Position numbers and translations under genes: made by a program. Under the pieces are notes generated by a model. That model was not told the DNA's origin, did not search any database, and worked only from the letters and a program-made list of their open reading frames with translations. Below are positions 22,900-34,875 of a DNA stretch of 64,000 nucleotides, one piece after another. Origin of the DNA: Ranitomeya imitator (taxonomy: Eukaryota); contig NC_091285.1 in assembly GCF_032444005.1 (NCBI RefSeq), forward strand, positions 240,932,001 to 240,996,000, in the 5' to 3' direction. Numbering within the stretch: position 1 is the first letter of the stretch; every line of letters begins with the position of its first letter.

Positions 22900-25800
22900 T
22901 GGAACTCGGATGGCTACCCGGAGGTTCAAGAGCCTATGGAACTACTGAGGACCAGCTGACGTTACTGGAACCCGGTTACTAAGCAGGAGGTACCCGTGCC
23001 TGAAAGCACTACCAAGGACCACCTGACGTTGGTGGAACTTGGATACCCAGAAGGAGGCACCTAAGCCAAAGGCTCTGCCCGGAACCAGCTGACGGTACTG
23101 GAACCAGGATGGGGAGCAGAAGGTACCAGAGCAAAAGACACTGCCGAGAACCAGCTGACGGTGCTGGAACCAGGTGGTGGACCTGAAGGCCCACAGGAGA
23201 GAAGAGAACAGCTAGGCCGCGAGGCAGCCGCAGTTACCGAACCCCAACAGTCCTACAGGGGGAGCTGGGCCTACTGGCACTACAGAACCAGCCTTGACTA
23301 CCAGTTCACGCAGCCCACATAGGAAGCTCCTAAACTGGAGGCACCCTGGAGTTGGCTAAACCGACCGCACCACGACGGGGCAAGCATAGGCGTCTCAGTG
23401 AACTTGACACAACCCGGAAACAGCTGACGGTGCTGAAACCAGGCTTGGCACGAGGGAGTACCTGTGACAAGAACACTGCCGAGAACCAGCTGGCGGTGCT
23501 GGAACCCAGATGCGTTGCCCCAGTGTGCAAGAGCCAATGGCACCGAGGACCAGCTGGCGGTGCTGGAACCCGGTTACTAAGCTGTAGGTGCCTGCGCTTA
23601 AGAGCACTACCAAGGACCACCTGGCGTTGGCGGAACTCGGATACCCAGGAGGAGGCACCTAAGCCAAAGGCTCGGCCTGGAACCAGCTGACGGTGCTGGA
23701 ACCAGGAGGTGGACCCGAAGGCCCACAGGAGAGGAGAGAACAGCTAGGCCGCGAGGCAGCCGCAGTTACCGAACCCCAACAGTCCTACAGGGGGAGCTGG
23801 GCCTACTGGCACTACAGAACCAGCCTTGACTACCAGTCCACGCAGCCCACATAGGAAGCTCCTAAACTGGAGGCACCCTGGAGTTGGCTAACCCGACAGC
23901 ACCACGACGGGGCAAGCATAGGCGTCTCAGTGAGCTTGACACAACCTGGAAACAGCTGACGGTGCTGAAACCAGGCTTGGCACGAGGGAGTACCTGTGTC
24001 AAAAACACTGCCGAGAACCAGCTGGCGTTGCTGGAACCCAGATGCGTTGCCCCAGTGTGCAAGACCCAATGGCACGACCGAGGACCAGCTGACGGTGCTG
24101 GAACCCGGTTACTAAGCTGTAGGTGCCCGCGCTTAAAAGCACTACCAAGGACCGCCTGACGTTGGCGGAACTCGGATACCCAGGAGGAGGCACTTAAGCC
24201 AAAGGCTCGGCCCGGAACCAGCTGACGGTGCTGGAACCAGGAGGTGGACCCGAAGGCCCACAGGAGAGGAGAGAACAGCTAGGCCGCGAGGCAGCCGCAG
24301 TTACCGAACCCCAACAGTCCTACAGGGGGAGCTGGGCCTACTGGCACTACAGAACCAGCCTTGACTACCAGTTCACGCAGCCCACATAGGAAGCTCCTAA
24401 ACTGGAGGCACCCTGGAGTTGGCTAACCCGACAGTACCACGACGGGGCAAGCATAGGCGTCTCAGTGAGCTTGACACAACCCGGAAACAGCTGACGGTGC
24501 TGAAACCAGGCTTGGCACAAGGGAGTACCTGTGTCAAAAACACTGCCGAGAACCAGCTGGCGTTGCTGGAACCCAGATGCGTTGCCCCAGTGTGCAAGAG
24601 CCAATGGCACGACCGAGGACCAGCTGACGGTGCTGGAACCTGGTTACTAAGCTGTAGGTGCCCGCGCTTAAAAGCACTACCAAGGACCGCCTGGCATTGG
24701 TGGAACTCGGATACCCAGGAGGAGGCACCTAAGCCAAAGGCTCGGCCTGGAACCAGCTGACGGTGCTGGAACCAGGAGGTGGACCCGAAGGCCCACAGGA
24801 GAGGAGAGAACAGCTAGGCCGCGAGGCAGCCGCAGTTACCGAACCCCAACAGTCCTACAGGGGGAGCTGGGCCTACTGGCACTACAGAACCAGCCTTGAC
24901 TACCAGTTCACGCAGCCCACATAGGAAGCTCCTAAACTGGAGGCACCCTGGAGTTGGCTAACCCGACCGCACCACGACGGGGCAAGCATAGGCGTCTCAG
25001 TGAACTTGACACAACCCGGAAACAGCTGACGGTGCTGAAACCAGGCTTGGCACGAGGGAGTACCTGTGACAAGAACACTGCCGAGAACCAGCTGGCGGTG
25101 CTGGAACCCAGATGCGTTGCCCCAGTGTGCAAAAGCCAATGGCACCTAGGACCAGCTGGCGGTGCTGGAACCCGGTTACTAAGCTGTAGGTGCCCGCGCT
25201 TAAAAGCACTACCAAGGACCGCCTGGCGTTGGCGGAACTCGCATACCCAGGAGGAGGCACCTAAGCCAAAGGCTCGGCCTGGAACCAGCTGACGGTGCTG
25301 GAACCAGGAGGTGGACCCGAAGGCCCACAGGAGAGGAGAGAACAGCTAGGCCGCGAGGCAGCCGCAGTTACCGAACCCCAACAGTCCTACAGGGGGAGCT
25401 GGGCCTACTGGCACTACAGAACCAGCCTTGACTACCAGTTCACGCAGCCCACATAGGAAGCTCCTAAACTGGAGGCACCCTGGAGTTGGCTAACCCGACA
25501 GCACCACGACGGGGCAAGCATAGGCGTCTCAGTGAGCTTGACACAACCCGGAAACAGCTGACGGTGCTGAAACCAGGCTTGGCACGAGGGAGTACCTGTG
25601 ACAAGAACACTGCCGAGAACCAGCTGGCGGTGCTGGAACCCAGATGCGTTGCCCCAGTGTGCAAGAGCCAATGGCACGACCGAGGACCAGCTGACGGTGC
25701 TGGAACCCGGTTACTAAGCTGTAGGTGCCCGCGCTTAAAAGCACTACCAAGGACCGCCTGACGTTGGCGGAACTCGGATACCCAGGAGGAGGCACCTAAG

Positions 25801-26200
25801 CCAAAGGCTCGGCCCGGAACCAGCTGACAGTGCTGGAACCAGGTGGTGGACCCGAAGGTCCACAGGAGAGGAGAGAACAGCTAGGCCGCGAGGCAGCCGC
25901 AGTTACCGAACCCCAACAGTCCTACAGGGGGAGCTGGGCCTACTGGCACTACAGAACCAGCCTTGACTACCAGTTCACGCAGCCCACATAGGAAGCTCCT
26001 AAACTGGAGGCACCTTGGAGTTGGCTAACCCGACTGCAACACGACGGGGCAAGCATAGGCGTCTCAGCGAGTTTGACACAACCCGGAAACAGCTGACGGT
26101 GCTGAAACCAGGTTTGGCACGAGGGAGTACCTGTGACAAAAACACTGCCGAGAACCAGCTGGCGGTGCTGGAACCCGGATGCTTTGCCTATCAAACATTG
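22900..26200. repeat. 532/535-bp tandem satellite, about six units
   Basis: Anchor CCTACAGGGGGAGCTGGG at 23252, 23784, 24319, 24854, 25386 and 25921. Units contain CCAGCTGACGGTGCTGGAACC subrepeats. Confidence 0.95.
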
Positions 26201-29200
26201 TCTTCCTACAGCCCCAACTAGCGGTGTTGGAGCAAAGGGTAAGCAGGGGGAGCAGAGTGTAGGCCGAAGCCTGCACTGGAGTCAGCTTTGTGTCTGCGTT
26301 GCGTTTGCAGGACACTTTGCCGGCTACACAGTGGGGGAACAGCAGGCGGTGCTGAACCCCACTAACACATTGGCTGGTGTTTTTCTCTGTGCAGCTAGCA
26401 CTTCCGGGCAAAAACTAGCGTTGTTACAGCCCAGGATCAGCAGGAGGAGGAGAGGAGCAGAGTGTAGGCCGAAGCCTAGTTGAACCAATTTCAAAGGTAA
26501 CCTTTAACCTCCCCTCAGGTGTTACAAAGTACAAGAGCCACACCTTGTGCAGCATTAATGCTGCACAAGAAAAGGTTGCTCTATTAATTTGTCTACTTGC
26601 ACACGCTGAATGCAACACGTACACAATTTAGCCCATTCTACAGTCAAACTGTAGTTGAGGCGTGACTTGTATTTTTAAGGAGACGCAGCATAGGTGTCCC
26701 AAATAACGCCTTTGTGCTAGGCGCTGCTTCCTGAGCGTTGTTTTTTGCTGTACAGGAGTCTGCGCTCTTGTGTTATCCCTTGGCAATGCCCTGTTAGCGC
26801 TGCCCGTCTTATGACCTCATTTCATGTTGGCCGCTGCGGTTAACGATGGCCATAAATCCCAGACCCACACTGCCTTTTCATAAAGTCACACTGCGGTGCT
26901 GGGATTCGTGGCCTTGTGCAGTAAATATTTTCGACGCTCACACACGTCCTTACACCTGCTTCAGACTGGGCGGCCTCTGCTGATCCCTTTTCGCATGCCG
27001 CGGCCAGGAGGCCGCACAGTCTGAAGAAGGCGGAAGGAGATGAGTGACGACAGGCGAACATATGCACTGCTCGTGCCCATAAACCACACCCTCGCTGACA
27101 AAATAAATCAGACAACGAGGGGCGTTGTTTCACGCAGGGCGGATGCACAGGCGCAGCCAGCTAACCATGATGTCAAAAGACGGGAAGCGCTACCAAGGGG
27201 GGTGCTGCGTATCATTAGAAAGGAAAGTCACACCTCAGGGACAGTGGAATGGTCTCAATGAGACACATTTTGTACGTGTTGAGTTCCACGTGGGCAAGGA
27301 GAAAAAGTCAGCCACCTTGTACAAATGCAGCAGTACTGCTGAACAAGGTGGCTGTTATACATAGAAACACCTGGGGGTGGGGGGCAGGCTCCCTTCAATT
27401 TCAGTTCATGTGCCTGCATGGCGTTTGCAGGTCACGTTGCCGGCTACACAGCTGGGGAACAGCTGGCGGTGCTGAACCCCATTAACACATTGGCTGGTGT
27501 TTTTCTCTGTGCAGCTCGCATGTCCGGGCAAAAACTAGCGGTGTTTAAGCCCAGGGTCAGCAGGAGGAGGAGAGGAGCAGAGTGTAGGCCGAAGCCTAGT
27601 TGAACCAATTACAAAGGTAACCTTTAACCCCCCCTCAGGTGTTGCAAGGTACAAGAGCCACACCTCATGCAGCATTAATGCTGCACAAGTAAAAGGTTGC
27701 TCTCTTAATTTTTCTCCTTGCACACGCTGAATAAAACACGTACACTATTTAGCCTATTATACTGTCAAACAGTAGTGGAAGCGTGACTTGTCTTTTTAAG
27801 GAGATGCAGCACAGGTGTCAAAATTAACACCTAGGTGCTGGGCGCAGATTCCTGAGCGTTGTTATTTGCTGTACAGGAATCTGCGCTCTTGTTATCCCTT
27901 GGCCATGCGCTGTGAGCGATGCCTGTCTTCTCACCTCATTTCATGTTGGCCGGTGCGGTTAGCGATGGCCATGAAACCCAGACCCGCAGTGTCTTTTAAT
28001 AAAGTCACACTGCAGAGCTGGGATTCGTGACCTTGTGCAGTAAATTTTGTCGCCTGTCCCTCATGTCCTTACACCTGCATCAGACTGGGCGGCCTCATCT
28101 GATCCCTTCTCGCATGCCGCGGCCATGAGGCCGCACATTCTGAAGAAGGCGGAAGGAGATGACTAAAGACAGGCGAATATATCCACTGCTCGTGCCCATC
28201 AATCACACCCTCGTAGTCAAAATAAGTAAGACAACGAGGAGCGTGGTTTCAGGCAGGGCGGACGCACAGCCGCAGCCAGCCAACCAAAGATGTCAGAAGA
28301 CGGGCAGCGCTAACAAGGGGGGTGCTGCGTGTCATTAAAAAGGAAAGTCACACCTCAGGGACATTGTAATGGTCTGTAATGAGACACATTGTTTACGTGT
28401 TTAATTAAACGTGGGCAAGTAGACAAAGTCAGCCACCTTGTACAAATGCAGCAGTACTGCTGTACAAGGTGGCTGTTATACATAGAAACACCTTGGGGTG
28501 GGTGGCAGGGTCCCTTTAATTTCAGTTCATGTGCCTGCGTGGCGTTTGCAGGTCACGTTGCCGGCTACACAGCTGGGGAACAGCTGGCGGTGCTGAACCC
28601 CACTAACACATTGGCTGGTGTTTTTCTCTGTGCAGCTAGCACTTCCGGGCAAAAACTAGCGGTGTTTAAGCCCAGGGTCAGCAGGAGGAGGAGAGGAGCA
28701 GAGTGTAGGCCGAAGCCTAGTTGAACGAATTTCAAAGGTAACCTTTAACCCCCCTCAGGTGTTGCAAGGTACAAGAGCCACACCTCGTGCAGCATTAATG
28801 CTGCACAAGTAAAAGGTTGCTCTCTTAATTTTTCTCCTTGCACACGCTGAATAAAACACGTACACTACTCAGCCCATTCTACTGTAAAACAGTAGTGGAG
28901 GCGTGACTTGTCTTTTTAAAGAAAAGCAGCCCAGGTGTCGAAAATAACACCTTGGTGCATGGGCTCAGCTTCCTGAGCGTTGTTATTTGCTGTACAGGAG
29001 TCTGCGCTCTTGTTATCCCTTGGCCATGCGCTGTGAGCGCTTCCTGTCTTCTGACCTCATTTCATGTCGGCCGTAGCGATGGAAATGAATCCCAGACTCA
29101 CAGTGTGTTTTCAAAAAATCACACTGCGTGGCTGGGATTCGTGGCCTTGTGCAGTAAATATGTTTGCCGCTCACACATGTCCTTACACCTGCTTCAGACT

Positions 29201-30246
29201 GGGCGGCCTCATCTGATCCCTTATCGCATGCCGCGGCCATGAGGCCGCATAGTCTGAAGAAGGCGGAAGGAGATGAGTTAAGACAGGCGAACATATGCAC
29301 TGCACATGCCCATCAATAACACCCTCGCAGCCAAAATATATGAGACAACGAGGGGTGTTGTGAATTCTGTGGCTGAATTCACTCCTGTGGTCACAAGTGG
29401 TACTGCAGCTTCTGAGCTTCCTCCCTCAGGTGTTCTGGTGAGCTCGTTAACTGCTTCATTACTTAACTCCGCCTGATGCTGCTATCCTTGCTCCTTGTCA
29501 ATGTTTCAGTGTTGGATCTGAGCTTCTCCTGATTGTTCCTGTGACCTGCTGCTCTGTATAGCTAAGTGCTTTTTGCTTTTTTGTTGCTTTTTTTCTGTCC
29601 AGCTTGTCTTTTGTTTTGCTGGAAGCTCTGAGACGCAAAGGGTGTACCGCCGTGCCGTTAGTTCGGCACGGTGGTTTTTTTGTGCCCCCTTTGCGTGGTT
29701 TTGCTTTAGGGTTTTTTGTAGACTGCAAAGTTCGCTTTACTGTCCTCGCTCTGTCCTAGAATATCGGGCCCCACTTTGCTGAATCTATTTCATCCCTACG
29801 TTTTGTCTTTTCATCTTACTCACAGTCATTATATGTGGGGGGCTGCCTTTTCCTTTGGGGAATTTCTCTGGGGCAAGTCAGGCCTATTTTTCTATCTTCA
29901 GGCTAGCTAGTTTCTTAGGCTGTGCCGAGTTGCCTAGGTAGTTGTTAGGCGCAATCCACAGCCGCTTTTAGTTGTGTTTAGGATAGGATCAGGTGTGCAG
30001 TCTACAGAGTTTCCACGTCTCAGAGCTCGTTCTTGTATTTTTGGGTATTTGTCAGATCACTGTGTGCGCTCTGATCGCTATGCACACTGTGTTTCTGGAT
30101 TGCCTTCATAACACCTGTCATTAGCAAACATAACAGTACAAGGAGCCAAACTAATGATTCTCAATAGAGGGAAAGAAAAAGTTCTGACATCATTTTTTTT
30201 TTTTTCTGCTCTGTGTTCACTTTTTTTTTTTCCCCTAGACATTTAG

Positions 30247-31395
30247 GTGATTCTGGACACAGGTGTGGACATGGATATTCAGGGTCTGTGCTCTTCAATG
30301 GATAATCTCGTTATAAATGTACAAAAAATTCAAGATACTATTGATCAGAAATCTATGTTAGAACCAAGAATTCCTATTCCTGATTTGTTTTTTGGAGATA
30401 GAACTAAGTTTCTAAGTTTCAAAAATAATTGTAAGCTATTTCTGGCCTTGAAACCTCATTCTTCTGGTAATCCTATTCAACAGGTTTTGATTATTATTTC
30501 TTTTTTGCGCGGCGACCCTCAAGACTGGGCATTTTCTCTTGCGCCAGGAGACCCTGCATTGAGTAGTGTCGATGCGTTTTTCCTGGCGCTCGGATTGCTG
30601 TACGATGAGCCTAATTCAGTGGATCAGGCTGAGAAAAATTTGCTGGCTTTGTGCCAGGGTCAGGATGATATAGAAGTATATTGTCAGAAATTTAGGAAAT
30701 GGTCAGTACTCACTCAGTGGAATGAATCTGCGCTGGCAGCTTTGTTCAGAAAGGGTCTCTCTGAGGCTCTTAAGGATGTCATGGTGGGATTTCCTATGCC
30801 TGCTGGTTTGAATGAGTCTTTGTCTTTGGCCATTCAGATCGGTCGACGCTTGCGCGAGCGTAAATATGTGCACCATTTGGCGGTACTGCCTGAGGTTAAA
30901 CCTGAGCCTATGCAGTGCGATAGGACTATGACTAGAGTTGAACGGCAGGAATACAGACGTCTGAATGGTCTGTGTTTCTACTGTGGTGATTCCACTCATG
31001 CTATTTCTGATTGTCCTAAGAGCACTAAGCGGTCCGCTAGGTCTGCCGTCATTGGTACTGTACAGTCCAAATTCCTTCTGTCCATTACCTTGATATGCTC
31101 TTTGTCGTCGTTTTCTGTCATGGCGTTTGTGGATTCGGGCGCTGCCCTGAATCTGATGGATTTGGATTATGCTAAACGTTGTGGGTTTTTCTTGGAGCCT
31201 TTGCGGTGTCCTGTTCCATTGAGAGGAATTGATGCTACACCTTTGGCCAAGAATAAACCTCAATACTGGGCCCAGCTGACCATGTGCATGGCTCCTGCAC
31301 ATCAGGAAGTTATTCACTTTCTGGTGTTGCATAATCTGCATGATGTGGTCGTGTTGGGGATCTGGTTTGGTTATCTTCTCGTCATATTCCTATGA
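30247..31395 (+). CDS. Ty3/Gypsy Gag-protease (382 aa), ending just past a deletion junction
   Basis: Retrotransposon gag (PDLFFGDRTKF..F), LCFYCGDSTHAISDC knuckle and FVDSGA protease. Confidence 0.9.
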   Translation: MILDTGVDMDIQGLCSSMDNLVINVQKIQDTIDQKSMLEPRIPIPDLFFGDRTKFLSFKNNCKLFLALKPHSSGNPIQQVLIIISFLRGDPQDWAFSLAPGDPALSSVDAFFLALGLLYDEPNSVDQAEKNLLALCQGQDDIEVYCQKFRKWSVLTQWNESALAALFRKGLSEALKDVMVGFPMPAGLNESLSLAIQIGRRLRERKYVHHLAVLPEVKPEPMQCDRTMTRVERQEYRRLNGLCFYCGDSTHAISDCPKSTKRSARSAVIGTVQSKFLLSITLICSLSSFSVMAFVDSGAALNLMDLDYAKRCGFFLEPLRCPVPLRGIDATPLAKNKPQYWAQLTMCMAPAHQEVIHFLVLHNLHDVVVLGIWFGYLLVIFL

Positions 31396-31934
31396 AGGTT
31401 TCCTCTCCTAAATTTAAACCTCGTTTTATTGGTCCGTATAGGATTTCTGAGGTTCTCAATCCTGTGTCTTTTCGTTTGACCCTCCCAGACTCCTTTTCCA
31501 TACATAATGTATTCCATAGGTCGTTGTTGCGGAGATACGTGGCACCTATGGTTCCATCTGTTGAGCCTCCTGCCCCGGTTTTGGTGGAGGGGGAATTGGA
31601 GTATATTGTGGAGAAGATTTTGGATTCTCGTGTTTCTAGACGGAAACTCCAGTATCTGGTTAAATGGAAGGGTTATGCTCAGGAAGATAATTCCTGGGTT
31701 TTTGCCTCTGATGTTCATGCTTCCGATCTTGTTCGTGCCTTTCATGCGGCTCATCCTGGTCGGCCTGGGGGCTCTGGTGAGGGTTCGGTGACCCCTCCTC
31801 AAGGGGGGGGTACTGTTGTGAATTCTGTGGCTGAATTCACTCCTGTGGTCACAAGTGGTACTGCAGCTTCTGAGCTTCCTCCCTCAGGTGTTCTGGTGAG
31901 CTCGTTAACTGCTTCATTACTTAACTCCGCCTGA
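31392..31934 (+). CDS. Integrase C-terminal GPY plus chromodomain fragment
   Basis: PRFIGPYRI, IHNVFHRSLL, EYIVEKILDSR..QYLVKWKGY..DNSWV; the frame runs into the 3' LTR. Confidence 0.75.
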   Translation: MKVSSPKFKPRFIGPYRISEVLNPVSFRLTLPDSFSIHNVFHRSLLRRYVAPMVPSVEPPAPVLVEGELEYIVEKILDSRVSRRKLQYLVKWKGYAQEDNSWVFASDVHASDLVRAFHAAHPGRPGGSGEGSVTPPQGGGTVVNSVAEFTPVVTSGTAASELPPSGVLVSSLTASLLNSA

Positions 31935-33985
31935 TGCTGCTATCCTTGCTCCTTGTCAATGTTTCAGTGTTGGATCTGAGCTTCTCCTGATTGTTCCTGT
32001 GACCTGCTGCTCTGTATAGCTAAGTGCTTTTTGCTTTTTTGTTGCTTTTTTTCTGTCCAGCTTGTCTTTTGTTTTGCTGGAAGCTCTGAGACGCAAAGGG
32101 TGTACCGCCGTGCCGTTAGTTCGGCACGGTGGTTTTTTTTTGCCCCCTTTGCGTGGTTTTGCTTTAGGGTTTTTTGTAGACTGCAAAGTTCGCTTTACTG
32201 TCCTCGCTCTGTCCTAGAATATCGGGCCCCACTTTGCTGAATCTATTTCATCCCTACGTTTTGTCTTTTCATCTTACTCACAGTCATTATATGTGGGGGG
32301 CTGCCTTTTCCTTTGGGGAATTTCTCTGGGGCAAGTCAGGCCTATTTTTCTATCTTCAGGCTAGCTAGTTTCTTAGGCTGTGCCGAGTTGCCTAGGTAGT
32401 TGTTAGGCGCAATCCACAGCCGCTTTTAGTTGTGTTTAGGATAGGATCAGGTGTGCAGTCTACAGAGTTTCCACGTCTCAGAGCTCGTTCTTGTATTTTT
32501 GGGTATTTGTCAGATCACTGTGTGCGCTCTGATCGCTATGCACACTGTGTTTCTGGATTGCCTTCATAACACCTGTCATTAGCAAACATAACAGAGGGGC
32601 GTTGTGTTGGGCAGGGCGGACGCACAGGCACAGGCAGCCAACCAATGATGTCAGAAGACGGGCAGCGCTACCAAGGGTGGTGCTGCGTATCATTAGAAAG
32701 GAAAGTCACACCTCAGGGACAGTTGAATGGTCTCAATGAGACACATTTTGTACGTGTTGAGTTCCACGTGGGCAAGGAGAAAAAGCCAGCCACCTTATAC
32801 AAATGCAGCAGTACTGCTGTACAAGGTGGCTATTATACATAGAAACACCTGGGGGTGGGGGGCAAGCTCCCTTCAATTTCAGTTCATGTGCCTGCGTGGC
32901 GTTTGCAGGTCACGTTGCAAGCTACACAGCAGGGGAACAGCTGGCGGTGCTGAACCCCACTAACACATTGGCTGGTGTTTTTCTCTGTGCAGCTAGCAAT
33001 TCCGGGCAAAAACTAGCGGTGTTAGAGCCCAGGGTCAGCAGGAGGAGGAGATGAGCAGAGTGTAGGCCGAAGCCTCCACTGGTGGCAGCTTTTGGTTGGT
33101 TGTGCCAGCGTGGCTTGTGCTGGACACGATGCCGGCTACACAGCAGGGGAACAGCTGGCGGTGCTGAACCCCACTAACACATTGGCTGGTGTTTTTCTCT
33201 GTGCAGCTAGCAATTCCGGGCAAAAACTAGCGGTGTTAGAGCCCAGGGTAAGCAGGAGGAGGAGATGAGCAGAGTGTAGGCCGAAGCCTCCACTGGTGGC
33301 AGCTTTTGGTCGGTTGTGCCAGCGTGGCCTGTGCTGGACACGATGCCGGCTACACAGCAGGGGAACACCTGGTGGTGCAGAACCCCACTAACACATTGGC
33401 TGGTGTTTTTCTCTGTGCAGCTAGCACTTCAGGGCAAAAACTAGCGGTGTTAGAGCCCAGGGTCAGCAGGAGGAGGAGAGGAGAAAAGTGTAGGCCGAAG
33501 CCTAGTTGAACCAATTTCAAAGGTAACCTTTAACCCCCCCTCAGGTGTTGCAAGGTACAAGAGCCACACCTTGTGCAGCATTAATGCTGCACAAGTAAAA
33601 GGTTGCTCTATTTAGTTTGCTCCTTGCACACGCTGAATAAAACACGTACACTATTTAGCCCATTATACTGTCAAACAGTAGTGGAGGCGTGACTTTTCTT
33701 TTGAAGAAGACGCAGCACAGGTGTCAAAATTTACACCTAGGTGCTGGGCGCAGACTCCTTACCGTTGTTATTTGCAGTATAGGAGAGTGCGCTCTTGTGT
33801 TATCCCTTGGCAATACCCTGTTAGTGCAGGCCGTCTTATGACCTCATTTCATGTTGGCCGGTGCGGTTAACGATGGCCATAAATCCCAGACCCACAGTGC
33901 CTTTCCATAAAGTCACACTGCGGTGCTGGGATTCGTGGCCTTGTGCAGTAAATATGTTCGCCGCTCACACATGTCCTTACACCTG

Positions 33986-34875
33986 AGTACACATATATAT
34001 AACAATGAACATATAGTGTGCATTACCAAATTATACTAAACCTATAACATAATGCACAACTCATAAAATCATGATAAACATAACTTTATTAATCATAAAA
34101 ATATCACATAACATAAATGAAAGGGAAAAACAAAATCAGGTGGAAAAAGGGGTACGGGGTAACACAGAGACCAAGATAGCATGTATTATGACTCATACAT
34201 TATAAAAAAGTTTTCAAATAAACATCAAAATACATGCACATAATAATTTCAGCATAAGTATCCATAATATGTAGAGATGACAATATCGTCTATAATGGGA
34301 TCATCAGCTATAAATTACTATAAGGCACCACAAATAATCATGGTGCCACAAAGTATATCGTTCCAGAGAAATTAATAGTGCAAAAATGCTGTTCAATATA
34401 AGGCAATAATATAAATGAAATACCGTACAGAAGAAATTGTATCAAAATCAGAAACTGTGTGCACAAATTATTATAATAATAAAATACAACTATCTATATG
34501 GCAGCACAGTATAAATATTGCACATTAGATCCATCTAGCAGCAAAACAAGGCTGCTTGTACAGCAGTATCATGCGAATAGCAGCGTAATTCAATCATAAA
34601 TATAGCAGCACAGCACAGTGTAATTTAAATATATAAAAAACCCATAAAGCAGACAGAAAAACGGCTGTGTAGAGCGATGGAATACTTAACTGTATGAGTG
34701 GTCCCGTGATAGCCCGCACCCGCCCGACGCGCGTTTCGCCTGAGCTTTGACGTACCCCTTTTTCCACCTGATTTTGTTTTTCCCTTTCATTTATGTTATG
34801 TGATATTTTTATGATTAATAAAGTTATGTTTATCATGATTTTATGAGTTGTGCATTATGTTATAGGTTTAGTATA
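33986..34875. mobile_element. Penelope-like AT-rich insertion with a 15-bp TSD and ~127-bp inverted repeat
   Basis: ATGTCCTTACACCTG occurs at 33971-33985 and 34876-34890. Sequence ~34040-34166 is the reverse complement of ~34751-34877. Minus-strand GGCGAAACGCGCGTCG at ~34725-34740. Confidence 0.65.

Larger units (their letters stand above)
29356..32593 (+). mobile_element. Internally deleted chromodomain Gypsy LTR element with near-identical 780-bp LTRs
   Basis: TG...CA LTRs at 29356-30135 and 31814-32593. GAGGGG is duplicated on both flanks (5-6-bp TSD, one base ambiguous). G-rich PPT at 31801-31810. Confidence 0.95.

Noticed and set aside
23298-26221. Recurrent 60-113-aa ORFs on both strands as a repeat-protein gene
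   Set aside because: Unit lengths of 532 and 535 are not multiples of 3, every unit has stops, and no domain is recognisable; these are satellite by-products.
30247-31395. Domesticated PEG10/RTL-like gene
   Set aside because: It is flanked by near-identical LTRs and a TSD.
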